From assembly GCA_051362555.1 (NCBI GenBank), contig CM120646.1:17670001-17734000 (forward strand): a stretch of DNA of 64,000 nucleotides, given 5' to 3'. Below the pieces are notes generated by a model. It was not told where the DNA came from, ran no database searches, and saw only the letters and a list, made by a program, of their open reading frames with translations. Each line of letters starts with the position of its first letter. The first letter of the stretch is position 1. The stretch comes from Lingula anatina. Lineage: Eukaryota; Animalia; Brachiopoda. Both the position numbers and the translations under genes were made by a program. This document shows, one piece after another, positions 23,431-37,546 of the stretch.

Positions 23431-26197
23431 GGTTAATAATCCTCATCCTGTGTTTGTTGGTGGAAAATAAATTGGAGAGTGAACAACAATGTTAACTTAT
23501 GGAGCGAGCACTGTCTTATGATTCTCACTGAAACAAGTAGACTAATCCTACAAATTTTCAGTTTATTACACAGACTAAACCTACAACCTATAATTTTAAC
23601 AAAAATCTAAAGATACTCTAACCTTCTCCCCTTCTTCACAGCCCTCCTTCCAAATTGTCTCAAAGGCAATTTCATTTCTCATGTCGACTGCCTCACCATA
23701 TGCCACATTACAATCCTTAATTAGACATATGAGTACACCCAACCACAGCACCCATGCAAATCCACTAAAATACATAAAAAAAATCTCTACATTGTATTTG
23801 AAAGAAAAGCATTTCATCACTCCAGTTCTTAGGAACAACAAGTATCAAATATGCCTGGCAGCAGACTTAGTCTAAACCACACTTTTCAAGAATAAAAAAA
23901 ATTGTTAACCATAATTTCAAAATGCCTACGAATGATGAAGCTGTACGAACAGGTTGTTCAGAATGAAGACTGACACATTAGCCACTGGTCCAAATCCAGT
24001 AAAATTTCATGCGGACCAATAAATTTTTCTAAATGTGCATATTAAGTGGTCTGACATGGCCAGTAATTTTTTTTTAATTAAAAAATGACTTTTTTCCACA
24101 ACTCTCCATAAACATTTTGAGTGCATCTCCATGGGTGGAAGTGCTACAGAAAGATTTGACAAAACCAAGGTCTTGTTGCAACAAGTATTAATTTGTAATA
24201 GGGTTAAATGCCTGGTCTGATTGAAATTTTTATTTGCACCAATGAATTTTAATTTGGACCTGTAGATTTTAGAACATCAATGAGCTGAATAGTTTGTGGC
24301 ACAGACTGAGAATCATACTAAATAGTTTTTCAAATGTTACCACAAGTTAAAGGCGTCAGTGCATGTATGTGAGGATCATCATTCTGACTTTATTTCCAAA
24401 ACTTTACTCGAAAACAATATGCGGCAATAGCATTATTTTCAAACATGTGAAGTTTCTGTCATCTCTTGCAATTAAGAACATCCATGCATAATTTTTTAAA
24501 TATTTTTTAATATTATACATATTTGATTTTTAAAAAATCAATTCTTAGCATTTCTACAACATGTTCTCAAATAACTCCAAGTCCATCCTGTGGTGTCTTA
24601 CCAGAACATGTTGCAATTTCCAAGAGGAAATACCAATTAGTACAATGATAAAAAGATGAGCTACATGTACAAGAAGAAAAAATGAATGCTAATAAATTGA
24701 TATATATTTGTGACATAAGTCATTATCAAGGAAATTTTTTTAAGTAGTTTAAATGCACAAAAAATGGAAGCTTATCTTTCTCCTCATGTTTAAGCAATAA
24801 CAAAACAGCAATTAATAATCATACAGGAAATGCCTCTCTTTATGAAAGGTAGAATTACATTTTTTTCAAATCAACTCACATACACTGTGAGAAATGGAAA
24901 TCGTAAACGCACCTTAATGAAAACATGACACCGTCATCGTGGGTGCACCATCATGCCTGATTTACAGGGAGAAGCTCTCCATTTCAGAGCCAACAGAGAG
25001 GTTTGAAGATATACAAAAATAGCACCAATCCACTGTATAATTTGAATATACAGCGCTCCTTTAGTTATGCAACTAGCCATTAACGGATACATAATCCAAA
25101 AATTGGGATGCTTACATATTTTTCTTCATTGTTGAAGATTTAGCATTCGGGTCAGACAAATTTGATAAGCTGGTTAACAAATGTGACTGTTTCTAATTAA
25201 CCATTTTGAAAAAAGTTATAACCATTTATTCCTTTGTATTCCTAAAAATCCAGTTTTGAATTCCTACAAATTTGATGTCCTTCTTTACATAAAAAGTACT
25301 AAAATGATTATCAAATAGAAATTCCTTGGCATTCAGTTAACATCATTGTGGAATAAATGTTGTTATTCCTGTCTCCAGGCTTATCATCATCATGATGTCA
25401 TCAACATCATCATCATCATCATCATTACAATAACTAGCAATCCATGGTATGCAACTTAATGTCAAAAATGCCTTGAAGTGAATAATAGTTAACAAATAGG
25501 CAATTTTTTTCAATTAAGCTGGACTCACATCTGGCTCCAAATCTTTCCTAAAATCTAGCAAATATTTTGTTTTTGTACAATATTAAAGTAATAATGGAAT
25601 TTAGTAAAAACAATTATCTTTTATCTGTAAAATTTAATTCATATCCTGTTGACCATCCTAAGAGGCATTTATTAAGACACACCTCTTCGGAAACAATATA
25701 TTCTTGGTCTGGATGTTGTGGTAAGCCCCCATAATGAAAAAGGAAGAATCACTTATTGTAAGCTATATGATGTGACAGGCACATCCTTTAACATTTCATA
25801 AATCCACAGAGGTAAAATGATTATATATCTGTATGCGTTTGTACCAACAAAGAAAAACAAGAACATTTGCCGTCCCATGTAAAGGTGAGATTGTTTCTTT
25901 CTATCTCATGCATATAAGTGGCAAAACTGGAAACATGTTAGTAAATACTTAAAGGGATAACAGCTCTTCATTTTGGTGGGAAAAGTGCCATAAATAGGAT
26001 ATTTGTGGGGCAAACAACTTTTTTCCATACTTACCAATGGCTAATGAATCTGTTTTGACATTAGTCAATTATTATTTTTAAATGTGTTTTTTGTAATAAT
26101 TTCTTAAGAGACATTATTATATGGTAATGTAGCAAATTTCATCATAATATGTTCTTGTTAGAAAGCGGATCGGCCACACCTGATGATTTTATTTATG

Positions 26198-26231
<34 letters not shown>

Positions 26232-26249
26232 TACATGCACACACACACA
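26198..26249. repeat. (CA)n microsatellite, interrupted
   Basis: Direct reading. Confidence 0.9.
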
Positions 26250-28377
26250 AGCTGTGATGTACACACATATATAATCAAAAAGTTTTGAATCAATCTACTT
26301 CATAGATCTTTAATCAAAAATGTCAGGATTGCTGTTATAATTTTTATAAACTTGTAACTACTTTATTGTCATCTTAAAGGTGAGCATATAATGCCTAGGC
26401 GAATTGCCACCTTTATTTATACTGTATCAATAGTTAACCCTCTTGAGAATAAAGATGTTAAAAAAAAATTGTCATCATGGATGAATAGTCTTAACATTAT
26501 AATTTTTAACCTCATGCAGGCCATAGGAAGATGAATTTTGAAACCTGTTCACATCAGATCCCTCTTTAAAAAATGAATGTTATTTTTATGCATTATCCCT
26601 TGCTGCAACCCTCCTCCAAACATTTTTAATTGAAATTTCAGGAACAGGTGACCATCTCTGCAATAAAAGCAATATTAATGCTTGCTTACAGCTGAGCTTC
26701 CTTACTATTTTAGGCACAAAACATTATGTGCAATAAGCAATGCTTAGCTTTCTGAATGTGCTAGTCAAAACCTTTAAAGTTAAAAATTAATAAGAACAAA
26801 GCAACAGTATGCATAATACTAGCAATTTCAAAGCAGGTATTTTCTGAAAATGTGGGATATAATAGGGATATTACATATAGCGAAAACAGAATTTCTTAAA
26901 AAGCCAAAAAACCCAAGTCAACCATTGCTATCTTCCTTCACAGGGATTCCTATATTCCGTACATTTAAGTCAAAATTTAGCAGCCTCCAAATTTTCTACT
27001 CCATAAGAAAAGAAAAAAAAACCTGCCCGAAGGAGAAAAAGTCCTATCATGGACATACATGTATATACTAGTACAAAATACACCTGTCAGCAAAATAATA
27101 AATGGCTCCATTTAGAGAAAACTTCTTATAATCATCTTCAGCTCAAAGCAGACAAACACCCATAAGAGGACTAATCAACCATATTGATTTAAAGCAAAGT
27201 GAACACACTCCAAATATTCAGTAATAAGGAGAGGTGCATTATAGCTCGTGGTAGATATTGATTTTTTATTGATGTCTTTAAAAGACAAAGACATGATATT
27301 AAGCCAGAAAATGTGACTTATTTGTAATCTGTCATCAGTAACTAATAAGAACTGACAACAAAAATATTGTTTCCCACAGGGAAAATTGATATTGCAAAAT
27401 GAAAAATATATACAATCTGCTTGTGAGAACTTTCCTACTTTCTAAAGGTTAGTTCATATTTCTTCTATCTCTTTCATAATAATGGAAAATAAATAACCAA
27501 ACCCAACTTCTAAGAAAATGACACTTTGAACTTTTATGAGTGACGTGCAAAATGTCAGCTTCTGATATATAAGATATAAAAACTTTTTCATAAAGTACTA
27601 CAAACATAATATGAAATTAATGCATAAACCTTAACTATGAAAAAACCTGTCATCAAAAAAGTAATAAAATGTGTTCATGTTTAATAATGAACCAAGGTAA
27701 ATGATAGACTATGCATTTTAATACATTTGGAACCTTACCACTTTACAACTTTAATATTGTCAAAATTTAAAAATAAGTATCTACTTTTTGTACAGAACTG
27801 AGTTGATAATTTGCAACAATTTAAAGTTGCAAACACAACCTGAACAGCACATTCATCCATAAACATGTTCAAACATTTTGACAGTTTATAAATAAACTTT
27901 ACAAATCAATAATTCAATTCAGATTAGTTATCGGTTATATACCTTTTTCAGAAATACGTTAATTAAGTGATATTTTTTACATATCTTATAAGTGCCCAGA
28001 GTAAAATTTTCCATCAAAATATCATACTTTACAAATTTTCTTTGGGTAAACAGCATTTTTCCCTGACAAACCAACATTTGACCCTACTTTCCGGACATTG
28101 GCCATAACTTTGTAACAGAAACTGTGTCAAGATGGTTGATAAGTGGCAAGGTTCGTCAGGAGGTGGTTAATTACATTATATTTGGCAATATTGACTCATG
28201 GTATTTAATTATCTGTTAAAAAATAATCAAAAACTATTACTCATCCTCAGATCAGTTCAAAAAGTAGTGGTTTTATTTATGAACTTCATGTCTTTTTTAA
28301 ACCTGTGTGTTAACAAATTGTGCACTTTATCCTCTTAATTTGACTATTTATTGACTCTAATCATGTTTGTCATACTA

Positions 28378-28594
28378 GGCCCCATTCCCATCATGGATAC
28401 CATTGGTCTACATGGATCGACCCAGCTCAGTGGGGACTCTCACTGACTGCAATCAGCTGACATAACGTTGCTTCTTTCTGACACTAAGTAGAATACAGAA
28501 AAGCTGTCATTCAGTGAACCTGACTGCACTAAGCGAGAGTCCCCTTTAAGTTGAGTCAATCCACATAGACAGATGGGTCTATGGGAATGGGGTC
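28378..28594. mobile_element. Harbinger-like MITE
   Basis: TIRs GGCCCCATTCCCAT / ATGGGAATGGGGTC with extended imperfect arms; flanks CTA/TTA; related copy at 29503-29760. Confidence 0.75.
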
Positions 28595-29502
28595 TTACTG
28601 CCACAGCTTTTTAATGATCCATAACAGTTCACACCATTAGGCACAAGTTCAAGGCAATTGCCCACTTAAAGGCGTCAGGCTTGTAAAAAATTAAAATTTT
28701 ATATAGCATTAGCCAACTTTAGACCCCTATTGCCTAAAATAGAAAGGCTAGTAGCCTATAAAGTTTTTGGCACAATGATATTGATAATGCAAACAACTCC
28801 CTTTACTTCTTATTTGATTCTTATCATCAACTAAGTGCAAGAATAAAAAACTTTCAGAAAAATACATTTTACAGTGCTTCTATATATTGTGCCTGTTGCC
28901 TTTTGTAAATATGAAATAATTATCTTGCATTAGTTTTTTTAATAATCCAGATATTTTGCCAATTATTATTGTCCTTGTCTCTCTTCTGAGGAGAAATCAA
29001 GCATGAAATTCTTAATGAAAGAGAAAAAAATGAAGGCAGAAATAATTGCTTTGATTTGTTCAGTCTCCACCCTGGAGCAATGTCAGGACAGAAGTATTAT
29101 CATACTTTCATTGTCTGCCACAGTCTACTCTGGAAAAGTGTTTTTTTCTGCAGTCTGTCTTAGGTACCATCATTTTGTGTTTAACTTCTTAGTAAATTCA
29201 AAATACAACAGGTCTAAATTGCCAATGCATTTTGGGTTTGGGGTTTCTTTTGCAAATACTGGAGGCCACACTTCGAAGTAGACGCCATGTTAGAAATTGG
29301 GTAAATTTTATTTCCCACAATGCGTACTAATTAAGGACCCCTTACATTAATGTTAAACAAAATACCCTGTGAATGTTAACATCTGTTTCTAGATATCTTT
29401 TACTTTTTTAAATTCAACAATGAATCCATCAACCTTTTTTTCTTCAACCTCAGTTTGCGCCTGTTCGAATTACAGCAGTATGCATATACAGTGGTATCTT
29501 AT

Positions 29503-29760
29503 GACCCATGATTCCTATAGACACCATAGGTCTACGTGGATTGACCCAACTCTGTGGGGACTCTTGCTGAATGCAATCAGTTTAACAGATTAACATGCCT
29601 CCTCCTGGCATTAAGTAGAATACAGAAAAACTGGTGATAATATGAGTACATTGGAAACAAGAGGAATGTCATTCAGTGAAGATTATTGCACTCAGTGCGA
29701 GTCCCTGCAGAGTTGGGTCGAGCCATGTGGACTGATGAGTATGTATATGGAAATGGGGTC
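29503..29760. mobile_element. Harbinger-like MITE, same family as 28378-28594
   Basis: Shared internal TAAGTAGAATACAGAAAA, TGTCATTCAGTGAA and TGCAATCAG, and the ATGGGGTC end. Confidence 0.7.
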
Positions 29761-32556
29761 TAATGGCTATCCTACCATGTATGGCTTATTCCATGGTATT
29801 TTTCTCTTAACACCTTGTTCATCTAGTCAGTCTCATCAGATTTCATTGTGATAAAGATAAAAAGCAACTGCAACATTTCTAAAATATTTTTTTTAATTGG
29901 TGAGAATAAATAAAGAGGACAAAGCCATGGCAAAGAAAATATCTTAACAATTGGTTAAATACAGATGAGCAAAGTGTCCATCTTCAATTAAGACACCTTA
30001 TAAATCAGTTCATTACCTGCATGCAGGATGTCCCACAATTCATGGTGATGTCGTCACTGTAAACAGTCTACAGAACATACAGAACTGTTGTTTTTATTCT
30101 AACAATAATTTTCTATCTCTACTAATACGAATGTTATGTTTACATTACTTATAATAATTTTGGTGAAAATGCAACATAAACTACGCCGTAGCTTTAAGAC
30201 TCAATGCTTTATTCAGAAGGGCATTTTTTGAAAAAGCCTCATTTCGACTCAACATTTAATTATGTTGTTTAACAATGATAAATTCCATGGGATATTGTAC
30301 ATTTGCAATATATCAAATATCAAATCAAAAACTCATTTTATATCTCCTCCCTCCCGAGAAGTTTGAAATTCATTAACTAGATCAAATGACAAACACAATA
30401 TGTATTGGTTAGTTGATGTTTTCCTGGTGTTTTACTTTTATACATACTAAATCCTTACTATATTTTTATAATTTTATTCGAATTAATTTACCTTGTAAAT
30501 GAAATGGTTATCCAAAACAAATAAGCATTCTAAACTATGTCATGAGCAAAATGGTTATATAAGGAAAGGCAAACAATACAAAATGGTTCATCTTATTTTT
30601 ATTATTTTATTTTTTTATTTTGAAAAACTCAGTAAGAACTTAAAGATTAATATTTAACCAAATGTAACAAATTATTTTCATTTAATAACCAGTCTCCCTC
30701 AACCCCCCCCCCCCCCCCCCCCCCACAAAAAAAGTATGCATTATGCTGTTAACAATGCAAAGACAACATAAAGAATGGGCCCAGCCAGGGTGTAATAAAC
30801 ATGGGGTCTGGGCTTTTTATGCATGGGACTAGATTTGATCCGGGCCTTTGGCATATATATGACATCTTCGGTTGACCAAAAAGCAGCAGAGGGGCACCTC
30901 TGCATTACTGCAGTCTATTCAAAGCTTTGTGTACATAAGTACACTTCAGAACCCTTAACAATGTTTTTTGTTCCTTTGGATACACCACAACTGCAATCCA
31001 TAGCTGCCACTATCATAGATTGCCTAATAGTAAAACAATCCTGCATTTTTTTTATTGGGGCTGAGTCCCATTCTGTGTGAAAGGCCAGTGGGGCGATGAC
31101 ATCAAAATATCGGATTAACCCCTGGTGCAGAAACATGTAAAGACTAGTCAGAGAAATATTTGTGAATACTGGTATCTTGTGTCAAATTATCCCTGTGATC
31201 TTTGTAGAAGGTTACAGAAATCCACATTTTCCACAAAATATCAGAAAAAACTGGGAGTGCTACATTTCACCTGCACCTCCCCCCCCCCACACACACACAC
31301 ACCACACACTAATCAAAAGTGAATTAGCATTAAAAAAAACAATTTCTTACACAAGTCCCCCTGACCCATTTGAATATTTACAACCAAGCAATCTATGATT
31401 GTGGTAGCTCCCAAAGTTCAGCCATAATATCACCCATCATGATGGAAGAAGTGACTGCTGTAGACCTGCAGTCAACATTGTGTTAGTTGAGAAAGCTATC
31501 ACAATGCACTGAGATGTGCCCAGTCTGGCTCAAGCAAGCTTGCACAAAATGAACACATCTACTGATACATAACATAACATAACATAACATAATTAGATAT
31601 AATATAATGTAATTCTATTAATATTAAAAACATTTTGGGTCAACATCACATAATGATATTATCATATCTTAAATCAATCAATTTATTATTGTGTAATATT
31701 AAAAAGACTCAAAAATATCCAATGAGATAAAGTAAAATTTGAAAGTATTTCTTTAATGAATGTAACATAAATTTTAATTCCCAAATATAAAATCATATTC
31801 TATTCTAATTATATAATGATAAATTTTATTGACTTGCCCTCTATAGCACCTTTTAGTCTTCTACTGCATGGTCATAATTAATCTGATGTGCGAGCAACCA
31901 AAAGTTAACCTAAACATACAGATGACCTTTTAACTAACATATGTGCCTAAAATCTAAAAGATGACTTTTATAAAACAGCTTGCTAATCACTTGCAATTCC
32001 ATTTAAAAAGGTGCTTTGCCTCACTATGTCATGCAATCAGGGCATTAAATACTGACTAATAACTGGGCATTTGGCAGGCATTTAACCTCAAAGTAGGACA
32101 TCACATTTATAATCAATCTATAAGAAATATCAAATTTGTGACCTTGATTAATTTACATGGTAAAGCACTGACTTCTCCCTCTCTCTCTCAGGAGAAGAGA
32201 GGCACATAGTACACTGCCAGAATTATTTTTCTCTGATAAAAAAATCATCTTTCCTTTGCAATGCCATAGTTATTATTTTTTGTACCATCTGATTTCATTC
32301 TCAACACCTTTCTATTTTTCAGAAATCTCTAACATTGTAAAACTTTTTAAATGATTCTTGATGTTATGTTAGAGCATTAATGTTTTGGTTATGCAACACT
32401 AACAAAAATAAATATATTGCAATACTATTACAATTACTATTACAATAATCATTACAATTGGACCCAGTCACTGTGCTGTGTTCCTACATAGATCAAGCTA
32501 TTGTATTGTTGAAAGTAAAATTCTATTGCTCTTTCTGATCATTCTCATTCATTCAA

Positions 32557-32558
<2 letters not shown>

Positions 32559-32598
<40 letters not shown>
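32559..32598. repeat. Poly(T) run of about 40 nt
   Basis: Direct reading. Confidence 0.95.
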
Positions 32599-32600
<2 letters not shown>

Positions 32601-32667
32601 AAAATAAATGTGAACTTTCTTTCCTCTATGCGTAGGCACTAAAACACTTAAGAGAGAATCAACTTAC

Positions 32668-33083
32668 CTTCACAAAAATCTTCTACATGCACCAGTGCCT
32701 ACTAATTTAGTAAGTGTAGCTGTAGGGCCCATTCATCTTCTAGGACTGTAAGCTGAATAATTATACTTCCCTCTTGTAAACGACGCCGGATGCCATGGCA
32801 TCTTGAATTTCCCTGATCAAATCGCCTTTCTATTCTATTCTATGGGTGCATCATCTCTCCAAGGTTTCCTGCTCAGCAAATCTCAAGAAAAAAACATGCT
32901 GTGTCGCAGTCAGTTTTCCCAGACAGTTTTCTCCACTTTCATGCATACCTAGATTGATCAGCTGTGCAGCAACCAATACACAAGTGCATAAATTAATCTA
33001 TTAGTATAAGATCCATTTGTCTTTACATGTGACGAGTTTTCAGCAAAGGTGAGATAATGTTTAGGCTTACGGACTATCAAAAG
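32668..33083 (-). other. Candidate non-coding 5' exon of the minus-strand gene
   Basis: Consensus donor AAG|GTAAGT (32667-32662) and acceptor TGTGTTTTATTTTTCAG (AG at 33085-33084). No transcript evidence. Confidence 0.35.
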
Positions 33084-33557
33084 CATGGAATTTCTGAAAA
33101 ATAAAACACAAATAGTTGTAAGACCGTAAATAAATCACTGGAGGAAATCCACAACTGCAATTGGTTTGATTACGATAGTTGAGTCGAAATAGAAGCTGAA
33201 CGATTGGGTTGTGCACCATCATAAAACTTGATTATTTGTGATTAATAATATAAAAACTTTCTTTTTTGTTCTCCTAAAAATATTTATTTAAGTCTTTAAA
33301 TTTCTTATTTATTGGTTGCTTAATTTATCTTTTAACTCTGCTTTTCAGCTGCAGCTTATAACCGAAAACGATTAGATTGGAGAAAAACAAAATGTGGTGC
33401 CATTTAAATTGTTTACGTCTTCAAGATACTTTCTCCTCCCCTTCAAAGCCTTCAAACAAACGAGTTTTATAATATTGTGCTTTTTGGATGGTTAAAGTCT
33501 GTAGACCTATTAAACAGCCCCGTTAACAGACGCTTTAATACATAATTTGCACGTGAG

Positions 33558-33661
33558 CAGGCCCTGAACCCCACGCCAAGGGGGCGATGGTCGGCTTCGT
33601 ATCCGAGGCCTGTCGTTTTGGACGACCCCCCCCCTTTCAAATAATCCTGGATCCGCCCATG
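33558..33661. mobile_element. Short CAG...CATG MITE insertion (GGATCCGCCC family), absent from unit 3
   Basis: Unit 3 reads GCACGTGAGTGTCG (empty site); here CGTGAG|insert|CGAGAG. Right end is CCTGGATCCGCCCATG. Confidence 0.6.
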
Positions 33662-34159
33662 CGAGAGTGTCGTCGAGATAAAGAAAATTATTCTTGCGAA
33701 ACCTGCAGATTAAAAAAAAAACTTAAAGGCTTATAACTTACTGGACATGCTGAAGTCAGCGGACGAGAGGAGTATGCCATAACACATGAGGATCACCACC
33801 CAGTGCAGCACACACTCTCGTTATTCGGTTGAAAGTGGTGTGAGTGTTGCCCTGCCCCACCCACCCCACCCCCGCCTCCTCCCCCAATAGGCATTGAAAA
33901 TTATAATAAAAAATTATAATGATGAAGTTAAATCGTATATTAAATGTGACTGAGAAACCCTTTATCCTGAAAGATGTCTGGAACAGTTTCTTCGTGTACA
34001 AAACAGAAACTCCAAAGAAATACTAGATATCTTAAATGTGACAATGAAGATATGCTGGTCACGTATCTCCACTGCTAATTTCTGTAATTTCAGAGGGCAT
34101 CACAGAGAGTCTTTTAAAGCGAGTCCTTCATAGTCCCCGAAAGTAGCACTCAAAAAGCA

Positions 34160-34408
34160 TGGATTGGCGTCTCCTTATGCCTGCGCAGTGCAGACTACAT
34201 GTAGTCATGAAACACTCGGGTCAATCCATACTGTGATACATAAATCAAGTAAAATCAAGATGTTGTTCTACTTTCCTTTTTTTTTTCAACACAGAAGCCT
34301 ACTAACAAAGTTGCGTGTTTGCCGCTAGGGGGCATGTTAGTGGTTACGAGGTCACAGCGTAACATTAACAGTCCGGGAGGCTCGCATTCACAACACTCCG
34401 AGGTAAGA
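34160..34408 (+). promoter_or_regulatory. Candidate promoter and non-coding exon 1 of DHRS11-like gene A
   Basis: ATTGG box, GCCTGCGCA (NRF1-like), CTCF-like CCGCTAGGGGGCA (34322-34334) and donor AG|GTAAGA at 34403, all conserved in unit 3 (51810-52025); an acceptor TTAG lies 8 nt before the ATG (35874). Confidence 0.5.
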
Positions 34409-34562
34409 CAAAAGGCCACGTAATTAAGAGATACAAATAATCACGCAGTAAGTAAATGAAAATAAGTTAGAGGACTGTTTTTTAAGATATTATTTGTTAT
34501 CTGATAATTATTAAAACACGTAATTTTGAAACCAATGATATTTGCATGACCTTAAGGTAAGG

Positions 34563-34835
34563 CAGGCCCGTAGCCAGGGGGGGGTTCGGGGGGGTTCGAA
34601 AGAACCGCCCCTTTTGGTGGGAAAAGGTCCACTCTGGGTAAAACTTGATCTAGGTTCAAGAAGTTTTTATGGAAAAAGGTCCACATTTTCAGAAAAAGAA
34701 CCCCCTTTTTGAAATTCCTGGCTACAGGCCTGTAAGGTGAGCAGGCCCGTAGCCAGGGGGGGATTTGGGGGGTTCGAAAGAACCGCCCTTTTTGTCAGGA
34801 AAAGGTCCATTCTGGGTAAGATCTGAGCTAGGTGG
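34563..34835 (+). mobile_element. CAGGCCCGTAGCCAGG MITE (34563-34732) plus adjacent truncated copy (34742-~34835)
   Basis: TIRs CAGGCCCGTAGCCAGG / CCTGGCTACAGGCCTG; TAAGG on both sides of the first copy; absent from unit 3. Confidence 0.82.
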
Positions 34836-35080
34836 ACTTCAGATCTTCAGGAAAATCTGTTCAAATTTGGCGTCACCCCCACTGAATTGTGCTTAGCATA
34901 AAGTTCATTGAACTCTCGCGGCTTTCTGACCGACTTTATGCACAGACTATTTGTCACAGTGTTTTAGACTAAAAAACTGCACAGTGTTTTGTCAATGGAC
35001 AAAAGAATGTGTCACCCCTTTGAAAGATATGTCTATTTGGGTTAAAAGTAAAAACATATAGTGTGTTTGGGTACCATGCG

Positions 35081-35247
35081 CAGGAACGTAGCCAGCAGTT
35101 TCAAAAGGGGGGTTCTTTTGCCCAACAAGTGGACCTTTTACAATGAAACTCTGGTGCACCTAGATCAAATTTTACCTGGAATGGAACTTTTCCTGACAAA
35201 AAGGGCGGTTCTTTCGAACCCCCCGAACCTCCCTGGCTACGGGCCTG
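35081..35247 (-). mobile_element. CAGGCCCGTAGCCAGG MITE, opposite orientation
   Basis: Reverse complement of the 34563 element; flanks CATGCG/CGTGCG; unit 3 shows the empty site GTACCGTGCGACC (~52926-52938). Confidence 0.82.
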
Positions 35248-35882
35248 CGTGCGACTTTGAGACAAATTCTCCTCAGGTTTGAGGTCATCTCGGCTCAGCG
35301 CTTTAACCACAATTATATAGCCATGTTTCCGCAGTGACGCCTGTCATTTTAAAAAGCTAGGGCCGGATTTATGAATAAACAGACTAGAAAAAAGTACGTG
35401 CTGTTTGGATGGCATATTGAAAATAGAATACGAATACGAAAAATAGAATACGAACAACCAAGAAAGTGTATCTTCCTGACGATTTTAAAAAATCCTATTG
35501 AGTTCCACGGAGGAAATGCACTTGCTTATAATTATGCGTTTACTCTTTAAAATAAAGTTTTGCACCTACTCCTACTATTCTCATTCCAAATCTGCATATC
35601 CTATTAGAAGAATCAAAGGAGAAAGAAGAAAATGCAATAATCGCTACATAATACTTTCCAAAGGAAATTTATAACTATTAAGTGTTTGATATACCTAGGA
35701 TTTTCCTTAGAGAGAAGAAGAGAACATTTTCAGCTCACATTGCCTACCATGTCTATATACTAAAAAAAAAGAGAAAAGAAATAAAAATAATAATACAAAT
35801 AAAAAAGTGTTTTGTATGTGTATTCAGTATACCTGCAGATTCAGTGACAATTTTCTAATTGTTATTACTATTAGCAATTACT

Positions 35883-36351
35883 ATGGAACGCTGGAGCGGT
35901 CGAGTTGCCTTGGTAACCGGGGCGTCAACAGGGATAGGCGAGGCGTTTTGTCGCGCACTCGTGAAGCACGGTATGATAGTTGTGGGGTGCGCTCGCCGAG
36001 TTGAAATGATAGAGGTAAGGTTTTCATGTTTAAGGGAAAGAAAAAATTATGGGGGAAACACTATCGATGTGACAGACTAAATGAAACTGATATAAGGATT
36101 TGTTGCAATAGACATTTCTTAATTTACAATGGGGTCGTTCGGTCGCACTGGCTAGTACGCACTAACTTTACGGGAATTCTCGCATAGGGGTGTGTGTTAG
36201 TCTGTTAATCTGATTGCATTCAGCGAGAGTCCCCGTGGAGTAAGTGGGCACTAGCTTGTGCGACCTTACTGTTTCTGAATGGGCCCAAAGATAACTTGTG
36301 TCTTCTGCTTAGAGAGTAAACGGATCGTGAGTGGTTGCTTCGCGTATGTCA

Positions 36352-36387
<36 letters not shown>

Positions 36388-37504
36388 CCTACCTGAAGCA
36401 AATTTGCTAACTTTTAAATTATACACATTCTGTTTTTATTCACAGAAGACAGCAAAAGAATTGGAAGGAGAGACAGGACGTTTGATCCCCATGAAATGTG
36501 ACCTGACAGTGAAATCTGAGATCGAATCCATGTTCCGGGCCATAAAGGACCAAGTGGGTGGGGTGGACGTATGTGTTAATAACGCTGCGTATTTGTCCAC
36601 TCAGCAGCTTCTCGTTGGGGATACCGACACCTTCCAGAAAATGCTGGACGTGAGTATTATACCATTTTAGACCAGTGTAACGTGATAGGTAGTCCCCCAT
36701 TCACTTGTACAGGTGAGCCTCGCCCTAGATTTCGACCCTCTTAGATCAAACTAACCCTAGCCATTATTACTATATGGCGGGAGGACTTTCTGTTGAGCCT
36801 AACCGACTTCCTTTATCAAACATACACATAAATCTGAAAACACGATGAAATATCTGGTGCTTTTTTAATCAAATGTGCGACAGTTCCACTTTGCATCTTA
36901 CAGAAAATTTTAACATTAGAATAGATATTTGGTGTGATCTTTACTGAATTTAATAACAAAAAAAGTTTCACTGATGCCAAATTTTCGTTTTCAGACCAAC
37001 ATCATGGGCCTGTCCATAGTAACCCAAATGGCTGTGCAGTCGATGAAAGAGCGAAAAGTCGATGATGGCCATATTATTCACATAAGCAGGTAAATGACTA
37101 GGAATTATTGTTCTCCTTTGACTTTCAGTAATAAAAAGAAAGCAAAATAAAATCACTGCATGCAGGCATACAGCCGAATCGACGGCGATTCTGTGCTTAC
37201 TAAGTTAGCTGTGATTCAAATTTCATGTCCAAAAGATCTATCAACATCAAATCACAATATCAAATCGACTTCAGTATTGGAAATTATTTTCAATGTCAAT
37301 ACAATTTTGTAATCGTCTGATCAAAATTTTTCATTTTCATTTTTCAGCATAACTGGGCATCGTTATTGCCGTGAAATAGCAGCTATGCATTTTTATTCAA
37401 CTACTAAGCACGCAGTGAAATGTCTGACAGAGGGTCTGAGGGCTTGTCTGAGAGCGGAGGAGTCTATGATTCGTGTGTCGGTAAGTTCCTCTCCCCGCAC
37501 CCTC

Positions 37505-37546
<42 letters not shown>

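Noticed and set aside
32559-32598. Poly(T) as a retrocopy tail
   Set aside because: No TSD or retroelement body was identified next to it.
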